Shown here piece after piece: positions 46,560 through 59,545 of a stretch of DNA of 64,000 bases. Under the pieces are notes generated by a model. It ran no database searches. It saw only the letters and a program-made list of their open reading frames with translations, and was not told where the DNA came from. Source of the stretch: Sphaerodactylus townsendi (lineage: Eukaryota); contig NC_059425.1 in the NCBI RefSeq assembly GCF_021028975.2, positions 23,994,001 through 24,058,000 on the forward strand, given 5' to 3'. A program made the position numbers and the translations under genes. Within the stretch, counting starts at the first letter, position 1. Each line of letters opens with the position of its first letter.

Positions 46560-47220
46560 CAATACGTCAATTCAAAGCAAGGGAGATAAGGAGCAACCTT
46601 AACATGGGAAGAGAAGATGCTTTTTTTGTGACCTGCAGCAGTAGCTGAGGAAAAAGCCTCAAGGGAACGATGCCCAGTTGGGAAAAAAACAGCACTGGAC
46701 TAAGCTGACAACTGGTCTAATTCAGCAGTAGGGACTGCCTTCTTTATAACAAATTTAACTTGCATGGGGCAAGGACAGGGTACATATGATTGGCTCAGGC
46801 TACTGCCACAAAACACCCTCTTTCAAATTTCAAAATCTTGGAAGAGGCAATATAGTTCAGTCCCCATTTCACTCTGGGTCTGATGCAGTTTGGTCTGTGT
46901 TAGAAAGATGTTCCTTGTTAAGGCATCACACTTTATTAAGCCTTGTAGAGGGACATCGTTTGCTAGGGCTGACAACAGCAACTTGGGAAATTCCTAGAGG
47001 TTTGGGGGAGCTGGACGGGGAGGGCAGAATGTGCAGCCTGGATGCAATACCATAGGAGTTGCTCTCCAAAGATCCTGTTTCCTCCAGAGAAGCTGATTAT
47101 TGTAGTCTGGAGGTCTCCTGGAATCCTTGAAGAAGTTCAGGGCCCATCTTGACACTGATAGCCCTACAACTTACTTCCCCCCATTTGTAAGGACAGATTT
47201 ATATATGGCTCCCTCACCTG

Positions 47221-47410
47221 TTTTGTCATCTAGTTGCAACTGACAAGGTGGTCCCTTAGGATTTCAAGGCAAGAGACATTCAGAGTTGGTTTGCCATTGC
47301 CTACCTCTGCATAGCAACTCGTCTTCCCTGGTAGTCTCCTGTTCAAGTGCTAACCAGGGCTGACTCCGCTTACTTCTGAGATTTGATGGGATTGGGCTGT
47401 TCAGGTCCAG
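47221..47410 (-). mobile_element. 5S-derived SINE (5S-Sauria-like)
   Basis: Reverse-complement homolog of 16345-16544. Confidence 0.8.
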
Positions 47411-47677
47411 GTCACAGTCCCCACCATTACAGTTAAACCATTTTATAAAAGCAGAGATATATGGGCATTTCAACTAACAGCAGAGAAGTTTCCTATTTTG
47501 AGGCCCAGCCAGAGTTTACCTCTTGTGTTGGAGAATGTCCTCATTGTTGGCATATCTTAGCCTACGCCCTCTACCAAATTAACACTTCTGAGGAAGTCCC
47601 TCACCTGTTTAACCCATCAGTCATTATGTTTATGTCTCCTTCACCTCAGAATCTGTTTTTTTCTGGCCAATGTTGCT

Positions 47678-47894
47678 TCACCCCCAGTATCTAGGCCTGG
47701 AGCCTTCCAACTGCCTCTCCTTCTCCAATGGCGTCTCTGCACTGTTGTCTCCTATGGCAAACATACTCTCTGGGTCCACGAGAAACATGCTGTAGAGGTT
47801 GAATAGAAGCATGGCGACAAGGGGCAGGAACGTTAAGCCAAAGCCAAACCCCCGGAAAGAACGGCCCATGGCATAAGCTAGCCAGTACAGAAGC
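47678..47894 (-). CDS. TMEM79: TMEM79 last coding exon
   Basis: [17 protein letters not shown]...RPRYWG*. Confidence 0.95.
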
Positions 47895-50800
47895 CTGAGG
47901 GGGAAAAAAGAATGAAGATAGGGAGATGGTCAAAAATATGACAGAGAACTCCATAATAGACCTTTCCTCCAAGAAGAACTTTAATCCATTTTAGTGATGC
48001 CAGTGGAGGGTGGGGGTGTTAACCAAATGAGTAATCTTGAGGCAGCAAATGAAGGGTATAGATCATTAAAAGGGAAATAAGATTTTTGCTACACATTAAA
48101 AACCCATCATAGTGGTAAAGTTATGCCGGTCATCCCAACTGCCAAGACCTCAGTTCTTTGAAGAGCAAAAATATTTTGAGGAAATATTTGAGGGAGCAGC
48201 TGTTACTCCTTGGAGTTATTTGGACGTTTGTGGATAGAGTCTTCACAGATCCTACTAAACACCAGAAATATTACAGATCTTTGTGGCAGCTTAGCCAGCC
48301 TGGTTGTTTCTCCAGAGATAAATAGACCAGTGTGTGAAAAGGGGTTTGGTTGGTAAATGAAAGATAACAAAATACAAGCTATCTCCCCACAAACCTGTAG
48401 AATTATCACAGACCCTGCTTCCAGAATATTAAAGAAGAAGAGTTTGGATTTATACTGCCTTTCTCTCTTGTAAGGAGACTGAAGGTGGCTTACAAACTTT
48501 CCCTTTCTCTACCCACAACAGACACTTTGTGAGGTAGGTGGGGCTGAGAGAGTTCTGAGAGAACGGTGACTAGGCCAAGGTCACCCAGCAGGTTTTATGT
48601 ACAGGAGAGGAAAATCAAAACCAGTTCTCCAGAATAGAGTCCACTGCTCTTAACCACCATACAATGATGGGACTTTTTATATTCTTTCTTCACAATACCA
48701 CTTAGCGTGGTATAGAAGAGGAGTTTAGATTTATACCCCACTTTTCTCAACCATAAGGAGTCTCAAAGCAGCTTACAAACTCCTTCCCTTTGCCTCTCCA
48801 CACTTTGTGAAGCAGGTGGGGCTGAGACACTGAGAGAACTGTGTGGTAGTTAGAGTTCTGGGCTAGGATTTAGGAGATGCAGTTTGCATTCCAACTCCAA
48901 CATGAAACTTACTGGGTGACTAAGCCAATTCTAAGCCTAACCTGTGTCACAAAACAAGAGAACAATGTTTGAATGAGCTACTTTGGGTCATTGCGGGTGA
49001 GGAAAGAAGCATATAAATTAAATAACTAAACACTGGCTACGCTTCATAATGCATCAGACAGACACTTCCACACTTCCTCCACTGTGATGATCTTGATTAA
49101 ACTCTTTCCTGTATCAATACATTTCCCCAGCTACCCAAATTAAGCTAGCCATCAGCTAGGCTGTTGTGGGTTTTCTAGACTGTGTGGCCATGGTCTGGTA
49201 GTTTTAGCTCCTAATGTTTTGCCCTCCTCTATGGCTGATATTTTGAGAGGCATGCAACAGGACGATGTGTTTTTGTCTGTGGCACAGGAGAGAACTAACA
49301 CTGCCAGACCAGGGCCACCCAGCCCAGAAAACCCACAACAGCCTGTTGAGTCTGGCTGTGAAAGCTTTTGACAATATACCACCTGGGAGAATTCCCCAAG
49401 ACAGCCATGGTTGCAGAAGGATGCTGGCAGGACAGCTTCTCTTACCGTGAAATGGCAAAAAGGGCTGTCAGCAGAGGAATGAGCTTGAGGCCTTCCTGAG
49501 GCAGGTAAGTGGAGAGAACGGCGATGTTGAAGAAATACAGGATGAAGAGGTGGACCGACTGGGACACATAGTGGCGGTGGATCTCAACTTCCCGCCGCAG
49601 CTCCCCAAAGGGCTGTAGAGAGGAAAAGCACAGGCGGGACAAGCCGTATACAACCATGCCTGGAGTGGAAAGGAAGGCCAAAAGAGAGCACATCTGAACA
49701 TCAACGCGTGTTTTTTTTCTAGCAGACACCAATCCTGTGCCAGTGGTGATATAAACTGCGCCCTAAGGGCCAAACTAGACAAAGACAGTTTTTCATAAGT
49801 TGGGTGTGGATTCCCCAACCAGGCTTTCAAACATTTAACACTTCTGGAAACCCATTGGCCAAGTTCGCAGGATCCCAATTGGGAGCAGAACTGTAGCATG
49901 ATCGCACAGGGATTTTGGCCTCCCCTTCACAATTCTCCCAGTTGGGAGTACTATTAGACCAGGGGTAGGGAACCTGCGGCTCAAGAGCCGCATGCGGCTC
50001 TTCTGTCCTTGCACTGTGGTTCCACGAGCCAAGCTGCTGGCTTCATCCTTGCATGCCCTACAGGCAGCAGGGCGGGCACACCAATTGCCCGCGGCCTACT
50101 GGGCTTCCCCTCTCGCCCGCCCCATTGGAGCTGGGCGGGCGCTTTCCTGGTGGCCAGCAAGGCCAAGCCACTGGCCCCATCCTTGCCCGCCCTGCAGGCA
50201 GCAGGGCGGGCGGTATCCATGCGCTTCTCAGAATGCGTGGAGTAAAAGGTAAAAAAAACCCAAAATATACAGTGTTATCTTTATTTTAAATGTCAAAAAT
50301 TATTTGCGGCTCCAAGTGTTTTCTTTTCCCGTGGAAAACGGGTCCAAATGGCTCTTTGAGTGTTAAAAGGTTCCCTACCCCTGTATTAGACCTACTGGGA
50401 AACTGTACATGTTGGGAAAACAGCACAGGGGAGGCTGAAGCCACTTCCCCCCTCCTCTGTGGTCACGATCCCATCAGTATGACGTTTGGTTGATGGCCTG
50501 AAAGTCAGGTCAGAAAACCCTCACCCAACTGACGAAAAACTGTCCAATTCGGCTCTAAAGAAAGATGGATTCAGGAACCTGAATAAATAACACAAGCCTG
50601 TGTTACTTTGCTTTTCAAATATTTTCCAGCTGTACCAAGCTACCAGGTGCAGTCCAGTTTTCTATTTCTACCTTTGGGGGATACCTTTTTTCATTTTTTA
50701 AAAGCTAATTACTAGACATGTCATTCTTCAGGGGTCAGTTCCATCCCCAAGGACCCAGAGAGTTCAGTCTCAGAGTTGTCAAGACAAATGTTTCCATGTG

Positions 50801-53204
50801 ATTCACTCACTTGTCTCTAATGTCTTACACTGTATTTTTATCACTTTGGGAGCCATACTTTAGCTGAAGAGAAAGTTATAGAATATAATAAACATTTCTG
50901 AAGTTCATTGGAAGGTAGCAGCCAGTTCTGGCACCTGTCTCTATTGCAGCATTTCTGAAGGGTAATCAGGCTGGTTATACACCACCTAATTGTTTTCACA
51001 AAAGGCAACAAGTTATACAGCTTTACAGTAAGTTAGATCTCTAATTGAGATACTTGGATCCTCTCAACCTCATTCTTCACAGGGGTGTTATGAAACCAAC
51101 AGTCTCTGAGCTCCTTGCGGGAGGGAAGGAGGCAGATCCATGGAGGCGTATTCTGTATGAAACAATATTTGGTCATTGCCGGAAGCATATTTTATTATGA
51201 CATCTTGCTTTTGCCCTTCTTCCAAAGAGCTCAGAGTAGCAAACCCAGCTCTCCCGCTTCTTATGCTCATGACACCCTGCACAGTAGGTTGCAGGAAGTT
51301 AGTAATAGAGTTGTGTGTACCGGAGAAAAGTGGGGAAGAAATATTTTAAAGAAACAAAAGCAAGATTTTTCAGTGAGCTACACGGCAGAGTAGGAATTTC
51401 CTGCTCCTGTTCTACCACTGTCCCAGACACGGCCTCATCTTTCATTGTTTACAGGCAAGCTCTCTACACTCCATACTACATGCTGAAGATTTAAGAAGGA
51501 GAATACCTTTAAAACAACTCACATGTTTCCCCTCCCCTTGTGGTGTGTGTGTGTCCTGCTTCCCTAGCCTTCACAATGTTTCTGACAGATCTACTTAACA
51601 GTACTCCAAACACCGATTGCAGTCATCTGGCCCTGTTCTTTCCTACAGTGTTCAAGGTTAACCTTCTAAACTTCTTCCAACTGCAGTCTGATATATCTTC
51701 AGGTTCTTTAAAGAAGGAAAATCTATTTTAACAAAAGATGTAAAACGCAAATGGGGACAGATGGAACTGTGATGTGTTTGCAACTGGCCAATCAGTGCTG
51801 TGCAAAGCCGGCTTCTGCTGCAAACTGACAGAACAGGTTTTCCCAAAACTCAATACAGTGGAACAGGTGTGCTTCCAAAGCTTCTGGACTGTCCTAGACA
51901 ATGTATATTTCTAAACCACACAAGAGTCTCAACAGGAAAGCGAAAATGTCCTTAAAAATATCAGAAGGAAGCAGACATCATGACCAGCACAAGCTTCCTC
52001 CCTGCATAAATGCAGACTCCAGAACTGGCCACAGAATTCCACACTGAGAATCTCCTCTTTCTTCTCCCCGCCCCCAATAAAAGCAAGGTTCTAGCCTTTA
52101 CGAGTACAAACAATAGACAAGTAAAATATAAGAGAGGAGGTGAGCCAGTGTGGGCCCTACACTTTTTCCCCTCCCCAAAACAAGCGGGAAATGAATACAT
52201 TGTGCAAAACAAATGGATCGTTAAAAATGTATTTATACAATCAATAAAGACTGCAGAATATAGCTTGCTGCAAATGCATGAGGAGATGAAGCCTGGGATT
52301 CTCCCACAATACTTTGTTTATGAGCTCCTACCAGGGACATCTAACTGGTTACTACTTGTAGACAGGATGCTGAACTAGTGATGTTGCTAGGAAATTCTTT
52401 GTCCCTTTCTTACAACCATCCTCATGCTAAAAAGACACAAACCATAAAGTTTTGCTCACCTATGATGATTGGGAAAGAAGCAAACACCCCACAGCGAAGC
52501 GTGTAAACCAAACGGGCACTCATGGAAGACATCAGAGGTGCATCAAAGGGCAGGAAGACGTATGCGCCATAAATCAGGCAAGGGAAAATTATTGTGGCGC
52601 CAATCATGGATGCCACAGCTTTAAGATTGGCAGAGTTACAGTTGCGGCACTGTAGGCACTGCACCCTCTCAGAGAATGACTTGGCTCGGTCTCCATCACA
52701 GCTTGGCAAGTCATCGAACTGTGTGGAATACCCACGAGCGATGAAGTTCTGCTTCTCGGGGTCACCTTTCTCCTTTTCGCAGCGCACAATTTCCTCTTCG
52801 TATTCCTGTTTCCTCTTCTTTTCGTCCCCTGTTGGGGTGCGTTGGATGCAACAAGGGTCAATGGGGACGAAGACATGAGCTGCCACTTCAGGCATCCCAT
52901 TGCTATCCCCATCTTCCTCACTGGTGGTGACAGCTTTGGGAAAGACTTCATCCACAACAGACCCCTTATTGGCATCTTCTCTGCTCCCCTCCGGATTAGG
53001 CCTCATGTCACTCTCAGATACTTCAGGCACTGGAGCCTTACAAGCGGAACTGTGACAGCCATCACTCCACCGTAGGGTAGCCTCCGGATCCTCAGAACTC
53101 TGCTCGTGAGGGTAGCTTTGGTTCACCTTGTCCCGTGGCAATTCGTTCCCCAAAACCACCAATGCCACCTCCTCAGAAAGGATAACAGAGGTGGTAGCTG
53201 CCAT
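47678..53204 (-). CDS. TMEM79: Transmembrane protein 79 (mattrin), 3 coding exons, 391 aa
   Basis: Exons 53204-52460, 49659-49446, 47894-47678 (1176 nt, open, GT-AG introns); motifs [59 protein letters not shown]. Confidence 0.96.
48432..48842 (-). mobile_element. Two adjacent Squam3-type SINE copies (one partial)
   Basis: AAGAAGAAGAGTTTGGATTTATA tail at 48432 and a similar tail at ~48715. Confidence 0.75.
49159..49377. mobile_element. Degenerate Penelope-derived insert
   Basis: Inverted ends GGCTGTTGTGGGTTTTCT / AGAAAACCCACAACAGCC plus GTGAAAGCTTTTGACAATA tail, as at 258-405. Confidence 0.65.
49446..49659 (-). CDS. TMEM79: TMEM79 middle coding exon
   Basis: [19 protein letters not shown]...[10 protein letters not shown]; 214 nt. 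Confidence 0.95.
49960..50383 (-). mobile_element. hAT element, copy of the 8081 family with one fewer internal unit
   Basis: TIR CAGGGGTAGGGAACCT; TSD TATTAGAC. Confidence 0.92.
52460..53204 (-). CDS. TMEM79: TMEM79 first coding exon
   Basis: [12 protein letters not shown]...FASFPIII; donor G|GTGAG at 52460/52459. Confidence 0.93.
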
Positions 53205-55315
53205 TTTGGGTCTCCAACCCTTTCAGAGCAATCCAAACTCTGGCAACCCCTGGTACTGCAAAGGTTTATCAAGCTAGATGTCCATGACTGCAATTTCTTC
53301 TTAGCTCACGAACAAAATATCTCAGTGGAGATTTGGGAAGGAGAGGTGGTCATCTGTGGAAAGTTTAGGCTGTGGGCCATCTCATTGTCTCTAGAGTGGA
53401 AAGTACACAAAAGATTTAAAGACGTGCACACATAAGATGATTTCATAAACATTCGGTAAACTGAGACTCCGAGTCAAGACAACATTGTTGCTTACAAGGA
53501 AATCACAAGGTCAATTTTACAGGAGTTTATAAAGGAATGAATAAAAGGAGTTCTAGTCCATGGTTTATCTTTGAGAGAGATATCAAACATCAAGCTTGGA
53601 GGGGAAGGGATGTAATCTGACCTGGACTTTGATCCTGATTTCAACTGTTGAAAGGAATGAGCTCTGGTTACTGTAGAGCTACTGCCTGGCCAGAAACCAG
53701 AACCAAATTTAACCTGAACGTTTCCTTCTTGGCCTGCTGCCAGGTTTGAAAAATGTGTATCCTGGGGGGGACGGGCTTTAGCCAAGCCACCCAAAAGTCT
53801 CTTGCTCCTTTAAAGCAACCCGACACATTCTCCCTTCCCCTTTATTCCTGGAACTTCTCCCCAAATGTAGCCCTATTCCCATCTCTCTTCTTTTCAAATC
53901 CTCATAATTAATTCATTTTGTAAAGTTGTTGTGCTGGATCTAGATTGACTTTTTCACAGGCAAAAGGACTTCAACCTGCAGAGTACAATGTTATTGTTTC
54001 ATCCCTCCTGCAACAGCCCAAAATCTTCCTCTCATCCTTTTTCTGGGAAGATTTTGGATGCTTTTTGAGCTGCTGTGGGAGAGAGGAAATGAGAACATCA
54101 CACACTGCAGGCGGAAGTCTGCCTTGATTCCTTAGTCCTCATCCCCAGACCTGAAATTCCATTCCACCAATTTGTCATCAATGAAAATAAGATGTTTGTG
54201 GCACTCCTGTTCTTATACCAAAAAAAACCTGCTCGCTTCTCCCTTAGATCCAATGCACTGCTGAAGCCTTTAACCTGCCATAGCTGATTCTCCATTGAAT
54301 TAAGAGCCAAGATAGTGTTTGTCCAATATAGAAAAGCATACTTACCTGATGCTTTCCTAACCTATCACCCTCCAAAAGAGAACTCAGCCTCTGCAAGGTG
54401 TTAAACTGCAGCCATGCATTTGTCAACTGGTGCCTTAATGTCCATGCACCTGAGCACATCAGCCCTGGAGACAAGATGCAGCCACTCAGACAGAGATTTC
54501 ACTTGCAAAAATGCTGAGGAGGGAACTGAGCCCTGAAGCAGTGACAGTAATTTGCACTCACAAGGATTAAACAAAGCATCTCCCAAAGACAAAATACAAA
54601 CAAGAACAGCAATTTGCTAACAACAGGTAACAAAAAAACAGGAACGCTGCTTGGTAAATAAGGGTAGTTGTAGCTTATAAAGTATTTACTATTGCACATA
54701 TTCATATTTGTTCTCTATTGCACATATTGCACTATTGCACATATTCATATTGTTCATATTGTTACCCCCTTTCCTCCCCCAATCCCATTTATTTTCTTCA
54801 AAGTCACACCTGTCAGATTGGGGGGGGGGGCAGGACCTGTCTTTTAAAATCTGTAACCCCACCCCTCCCAGTTTCAGTGAAAAATGCAGGCTATAAAGTA
54901 AATAAATAAGTAATTTGTGGGGGGTGGGGGTGGGAAAGCACCACACATACACAGATACTAAAGATCAGATAGTCCAGGCGCATGCACTTTTATAGGACAT
55001 CACCACAGCCAGCACAAACTTCAACTTGTAAATTCACTTCAACCCTGATATCTAATTCCGGATTGCTGACCAATAACTAAACCATACTCCGCCAATTCAA
55101 ATAGAGTGCCCAACAAAGTTACGCTTCCTTAACCTTGGTCTGCTGTGAAGTCTGAACTGATGCCTACAACTACAACAGCCTTGTGTAAAGTAAGTCGATA
55201 CTGAGAGCTGAAAAGTGCCCCATAGTTCATTGCAGAACAGAGATTCAAATGAGGTACATACTTGTCAATCTATATCGTCCCCACGTCCCTAGTGGAATGC
55301 TGCTACAATTCTAAG

Positions 55316-55607
55316 GAAGAGGAGGAATTGTTGTTTGGATTTATATCCCACCCTTTCTCTCCTGTAAGGATACTCAAGATGGCTTACAAGCTCCTTTCCC
55401 TTCCTCTCCCCGCAACAAAGTGGGTGAGGCTGAGAGAGTTCTGGAGAACTGTGACTGGCCCAAGGTCACCCAGCAGGAATGCAGGAGTGCGGAAACACAT
55501 CTGGTTCACCAGATAAGCCCCCACCACTCAGGGGGAGGAGTGGGGAATCAAACCCAGTTCTCCAGATTAGAATCCACCTACTCTTAACCACTACACCATG
55601 CTGGCTC
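55316..55607 (-). mobile_element. Squam3-type SINE
   Basis: Homologous to 23752-24049. Confidence 0.85.
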
Positions 55608-55994
55608 ACTAAATGCAGTTTCCTGGAAGTAAGCCCCATTAAATAAAATGGGTCCTATTTCTAGGTAAACCAGCTTTTGGGCTGCTCCCTTTAGCACCAA
55701 CATGAAGAATGTAAGAGGGAAAATAGTTTAGATCTAAGAAAAAAAGAGAGACAGGATTTTCACAGGGATAGGTAAATTAGAGTGAAAATGCTGAGTCTTC
55801 CCATTCCAGCCCTGTTAAATGATGTTCAAATTTGCCCCGAGAGAAAGACTATGGAGGAGGGCATCAAGACTATATTGTTTGAAGGCTTTCCCAGCTGGAA
55901 TCAACTGGTTGTTGTGGGTTTTCTGTGTTATCTTGCTGTGACATACTTCTGGAGATGCCAGCCACGGATGCAGGCAATAACTATCAGACTATGG

Positions 55995-56075
55995 CCGTGG
56001 TGGCGAGCCTATGGCACTCCAGATGTTCATGGACTACAATTCCCATCAGCCCCTGCCAGCATGGTCAATTGGCCA
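55995..56075. mobile_element. Left half of palindromic hAT MITE inside a degenerate Penelope-derived insert (55903-56112)
   Basis: CCGTGGTGGCGAGCCTATGGCACTCCAGATGTTCATGGACTACAATTCCC...CAATTGGCC. Confidence 0.78.
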
Positions 56076-57207
56076 TTATGGCCACACAGCCTGGGAACCC
56101 CACAACAGCCAATGTCAAGACTGTTGCTACAGTCTCAGTCTGGGGACCCTCTATGTTTGGGAGTTCCTAGAGTCACTGTGCTAGAACTTAAAACCAGGAC
56201 AGGCTTTTACCCTGTCCCCTTAAAACCTACCTGAAAATGGCCACCTCTCTATAGCCCCCAAACTGTGAGGGCATTCTGTGATGTTCGGAGGAGCCCTGGC
56301 ACAAAAATAACACATTCCTGCACTAAACCTTGGCATAATTTACAATAACAACAACAATACTGATTCCTGGCCAATGAGTTAAAACCAGATTTTTGGCACA
56401 TAGTAGCATAAAGGATGATTACACGGAAAAAAGCTAAATCCGCAAGGGGGAAAGGCAAGACTACGTAATCCACTTCAATAGGGTCCCTTTGATCATTTTA
56501 CAGTTCCACCCTATCAAAAGTCCCACACGTAGACATGAGACCATCAGGCGTAAAAAGGAGAGCAAGAAAGAAATCGCCGCAATCAGGAAAGTGTTTGAAG
56601 CCGGTTTAGAACAGGAGGCAAATCATAAAGGCAGAAGTGAATTTACAGGGAAGAACAACCTCCAAAAACTTCACAGAAAAAGAAAGAAAATGGATCTTAC
56701 CCAGGCAGAGATACGCATACATAAACTCACCAGGCCACACACCCTTCGCCCTGTTACCTGCTCCACCCAACCCACCTTCCCCTCTTTGAAACTCACTTTT
56801 TAACCTGAGGAAACAAAACTGAGCTTGCTCCCGATTGCTAGGAAGTAAATCCGGTTGCTGAAGGTCTGCTTCTGCTGGGAACTGTAATGCGTATTGTAAT
56901 GCTTCCCCTGTGCTTTCCCTTGGACTTTCAAACCAGTCTAACCAGCCCAGGTGGGGCTTGCGTAAAAGGACAGGAGGGCTGGCTGGCTGGCTTAGACCCA
57001 CCCTCCAGCACCTTGAGGCGGGCCAAAACGGTTTCTTTAAAAATACGTCAACTGAAAAATGTAGCTGTATTCACCCACATATAGTAAAAAAAAAAATTAA
57101 CAGCAGAACTAGTTTACTCAGATACTTGGTTAAATCAAGATAAGAAAGAATGGTGTTACGACACTGTAAAGGCCCAACAATGATTACAGCATTCATGGCC
57201 TTCAATT

Positions 57208-57499
57208 GAAGAAGAAGAATTTTGATTTATACCCTGGCTTTTTCTCCTGTAAGGAGACTCAAGGCAGTTTAAAACGCCTTCCCTTTCCCTCTCCACAACA
57301 GACACCTTGAGAGATAGGTGGGGCAGAGAGTTCTGAAGGACTGTGACAAGCCCAAGGTCACCCAACAGGAATGTAGGAGTGGGGAAACAGATCTGGTTCA
57401 CCAGATAAGACTATGCTGCTCATGTGGAGGAGTGGGGAATCAAACCCAGTTCTCCAGATTAGAGTTCACCAGCTCTTCACCACTACATCATGCTGGCTC
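57208..57499 (-). mobile_element. Squam3-type SINE
   Basis: Homologous to the other copies. Confidence 0.85.
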
Positions 57500-57621
57500 T
57501 GTTTCCATAAAACTTGGAAAGGGGAGGGGAAATTGATTTTAAAAACTCAGCTGCCATAAACTCATCCGGTCTTTCATAATCCTACAATATGTCATTCCAA
57601 AATGCAAAACAGGTGGATAAG

Positions 57622-57735
57622 CAAGCCAGTCTTCCTTTCGGTTTACACACACTACACACAAGCCAGTCTTCCTTTCGGTTTTTACACACACACACACACA
57701 TGCACGCACGCACGCACGCACGCACGCACACACAT
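57622..57735. repeat. Direct repeat CAAGCCAGTCTTCCTTTCGGTTT x2 plus (CA)n/(GCAC)n microsatellite
   Basis: Seen directly. Confidence 0.85.
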
Positions 57736-57869
57736 TTAGAAAAAAGGGAAACGTAAAAGGGAAACATCTTTTTAAACTTGAGCTCCATCTGTCTCTGTTT
57801 TTGTCCCTGGTAAACGACCGTTCCTATTTTTTGTCTTTGAGGGAATAGCTTGTTACATTTTAATTTGGA

Positions 57870-59040
57870 TTTATTTTTATTTACATTACTGGTAGTCAGC
57901 TGGTCTCATTGGGGCTCAAGGCAGATTACAGAATATCAATTAAATCGGCAGAATGTTGCGTCCAATAGACAATGCAATAAGAATTGGCTTGTAAAAAAAA
58001 GTCTGGAACCAACCAAAGATCGAAAACAGTGGTTAGACATAGCATAAGTATTAGCCTGACACACATTAAACAATACAAAAAGAAACCCACATACAGCAAC
58101 AGATACAAGCTACACACAGTATACTCTATGTTGTATTCTCTATAATTGTATACTCTACAATCCCTAACCCTTTCCCCCCAAGCTGCTTTCAGAATTGTTT
58201 TCTTACACAATAGCTCTACTTTCTGCACAAAATTTTTGTTTTGCATTGTTTTTTGGAAAGCCATAGAGGTAGGAACCTTCCTGACCTCAACAGGCAAATA
58301 ATTCCATAAAATAGGAGCCACACCAGAGAAGGCACATGAATGGGTGGTAGGGTTGCCAGGCCCCCCACCAGCCAGAAGCAGAGGGTGGGGAATGGGAGCG
58401 TTGCCAGATCCAGGTTGGAAAATTACGAAAGGTTTGTGGATGAATCCTGGGGAGGACAGGGGTCTCAGTTAGGTCCAATGGCATTGAGTCCATTCTCCAA
58501 AGCATCTACTGTGTCCAGGGGAATTGATGAGCTGTGATTTTGGGGGATCCCCATGTCCCACTGGACATTGGCACCCCTAAAAGACAGTTGTTGATTTTGT
58601 CCAGTTGCAGGGTGGTACCTGCAAAGTGAGTGAAGATGTCATGGTGGAACATTGGGGACTGACTGGCCCCACAGGGACCAAAGGCATAAAGGGGTTGTAT
58701 GTGATAGCCAGTACCTTAAATTGCACCTGGTGATGGATGGGCAACCAATGGAGCAACTGCAGAATGAAAGTGAGGTATGCTCTGTCTGGCTCCTGATAAC
58801 AGCTGAGCTGCAGCATTCTGCACAAACTGCAGTCTCTGAATTGACTTGTGGGAGAGCCCTTGGCAGAGAGGATTACAGTAGTCTAGTCTCAATGTTACCA
58901 TGGTATGGTAACTCAGGTAGCCAGATCATCCATATCAAGGTAGGGGGCCATCTTGCAGGCTAGATTTAGTTAGAAAAAGTGTTCTTTGCAGCTATATTAA
59001 TTCCTCCAGCAGTAGTGTTGGATCCAGAATGACCCCAAGG
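57870..59040 (-). mobile_element. Degraded L2 fragment split by a TAGGGTTGCC-TIR MITE (58348-58578)
   Basis: Minus ORFs VTLRLDYCN, LQFVQNAAAQLL, LHWLPI, APILWNYLP. Confidence 0.72.
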
Positions 59041-59346
59041 CTCTTAGAATCATAAGAGTTGTAAAATACCACAAGGGCCATCAAGTCCAGCCCCCTGCCA
59101 TGCAGGAATACAAATCAGACAGATCAGATGAATCCTATCAGATGTGGAGAGTATAATGTCTTTCAAGGCCTCCATAATCTTGATCAACACTATCTCTGTT
59201 CTGGTATTCATGGCTTTTCAAGTCTATGTGCTTACAGTGTGGGGGCAATTTTGCGCCCCCCATGTGACCAGATTAGTTGCGCCCGGGAACAGGGGTTACC
59301 CCTTGTCCCGGACAGATACGCCACTGCTTTTAATTGTGACATTCTA

Positions 59347-59545
59347 CCCAGTTTCCCTGAATATAAAACATCCCCTGAAAATAAGCCGTAGTAGAGGTTT
59401 TGCTGAAGTGCGAAATATAAGGCATCCCCCAGAAGTAAGACGAACAGAACACAGAAAAATAAGACATCCCCTGAAAATAAGACATAGCGCATCTTTGGGA
59501 GCAAAAATTAATATACGATCCTGTCTTATTTTCGGGGAAGCACGG
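59347..59545. mobile_element. Tigger-like MITE, relative of 19352-19590
   Basis: TIR CTTATTTTCGGGGAAGCACGG; TA TSD; internal CCCCTGAAAATAAG repeats. Confidence 0.78.

Noticed and set aside
54338-54348. ATACTTACCTG, identical to the U1 snRNA 5' end
   Set aside because: No further U1 sequence follows; better explained as a minus-strand splice donor
54690-54765. TATTGCACATATT tandem repeats
   Set aside because: Simple slippage minisatellite with no further structure
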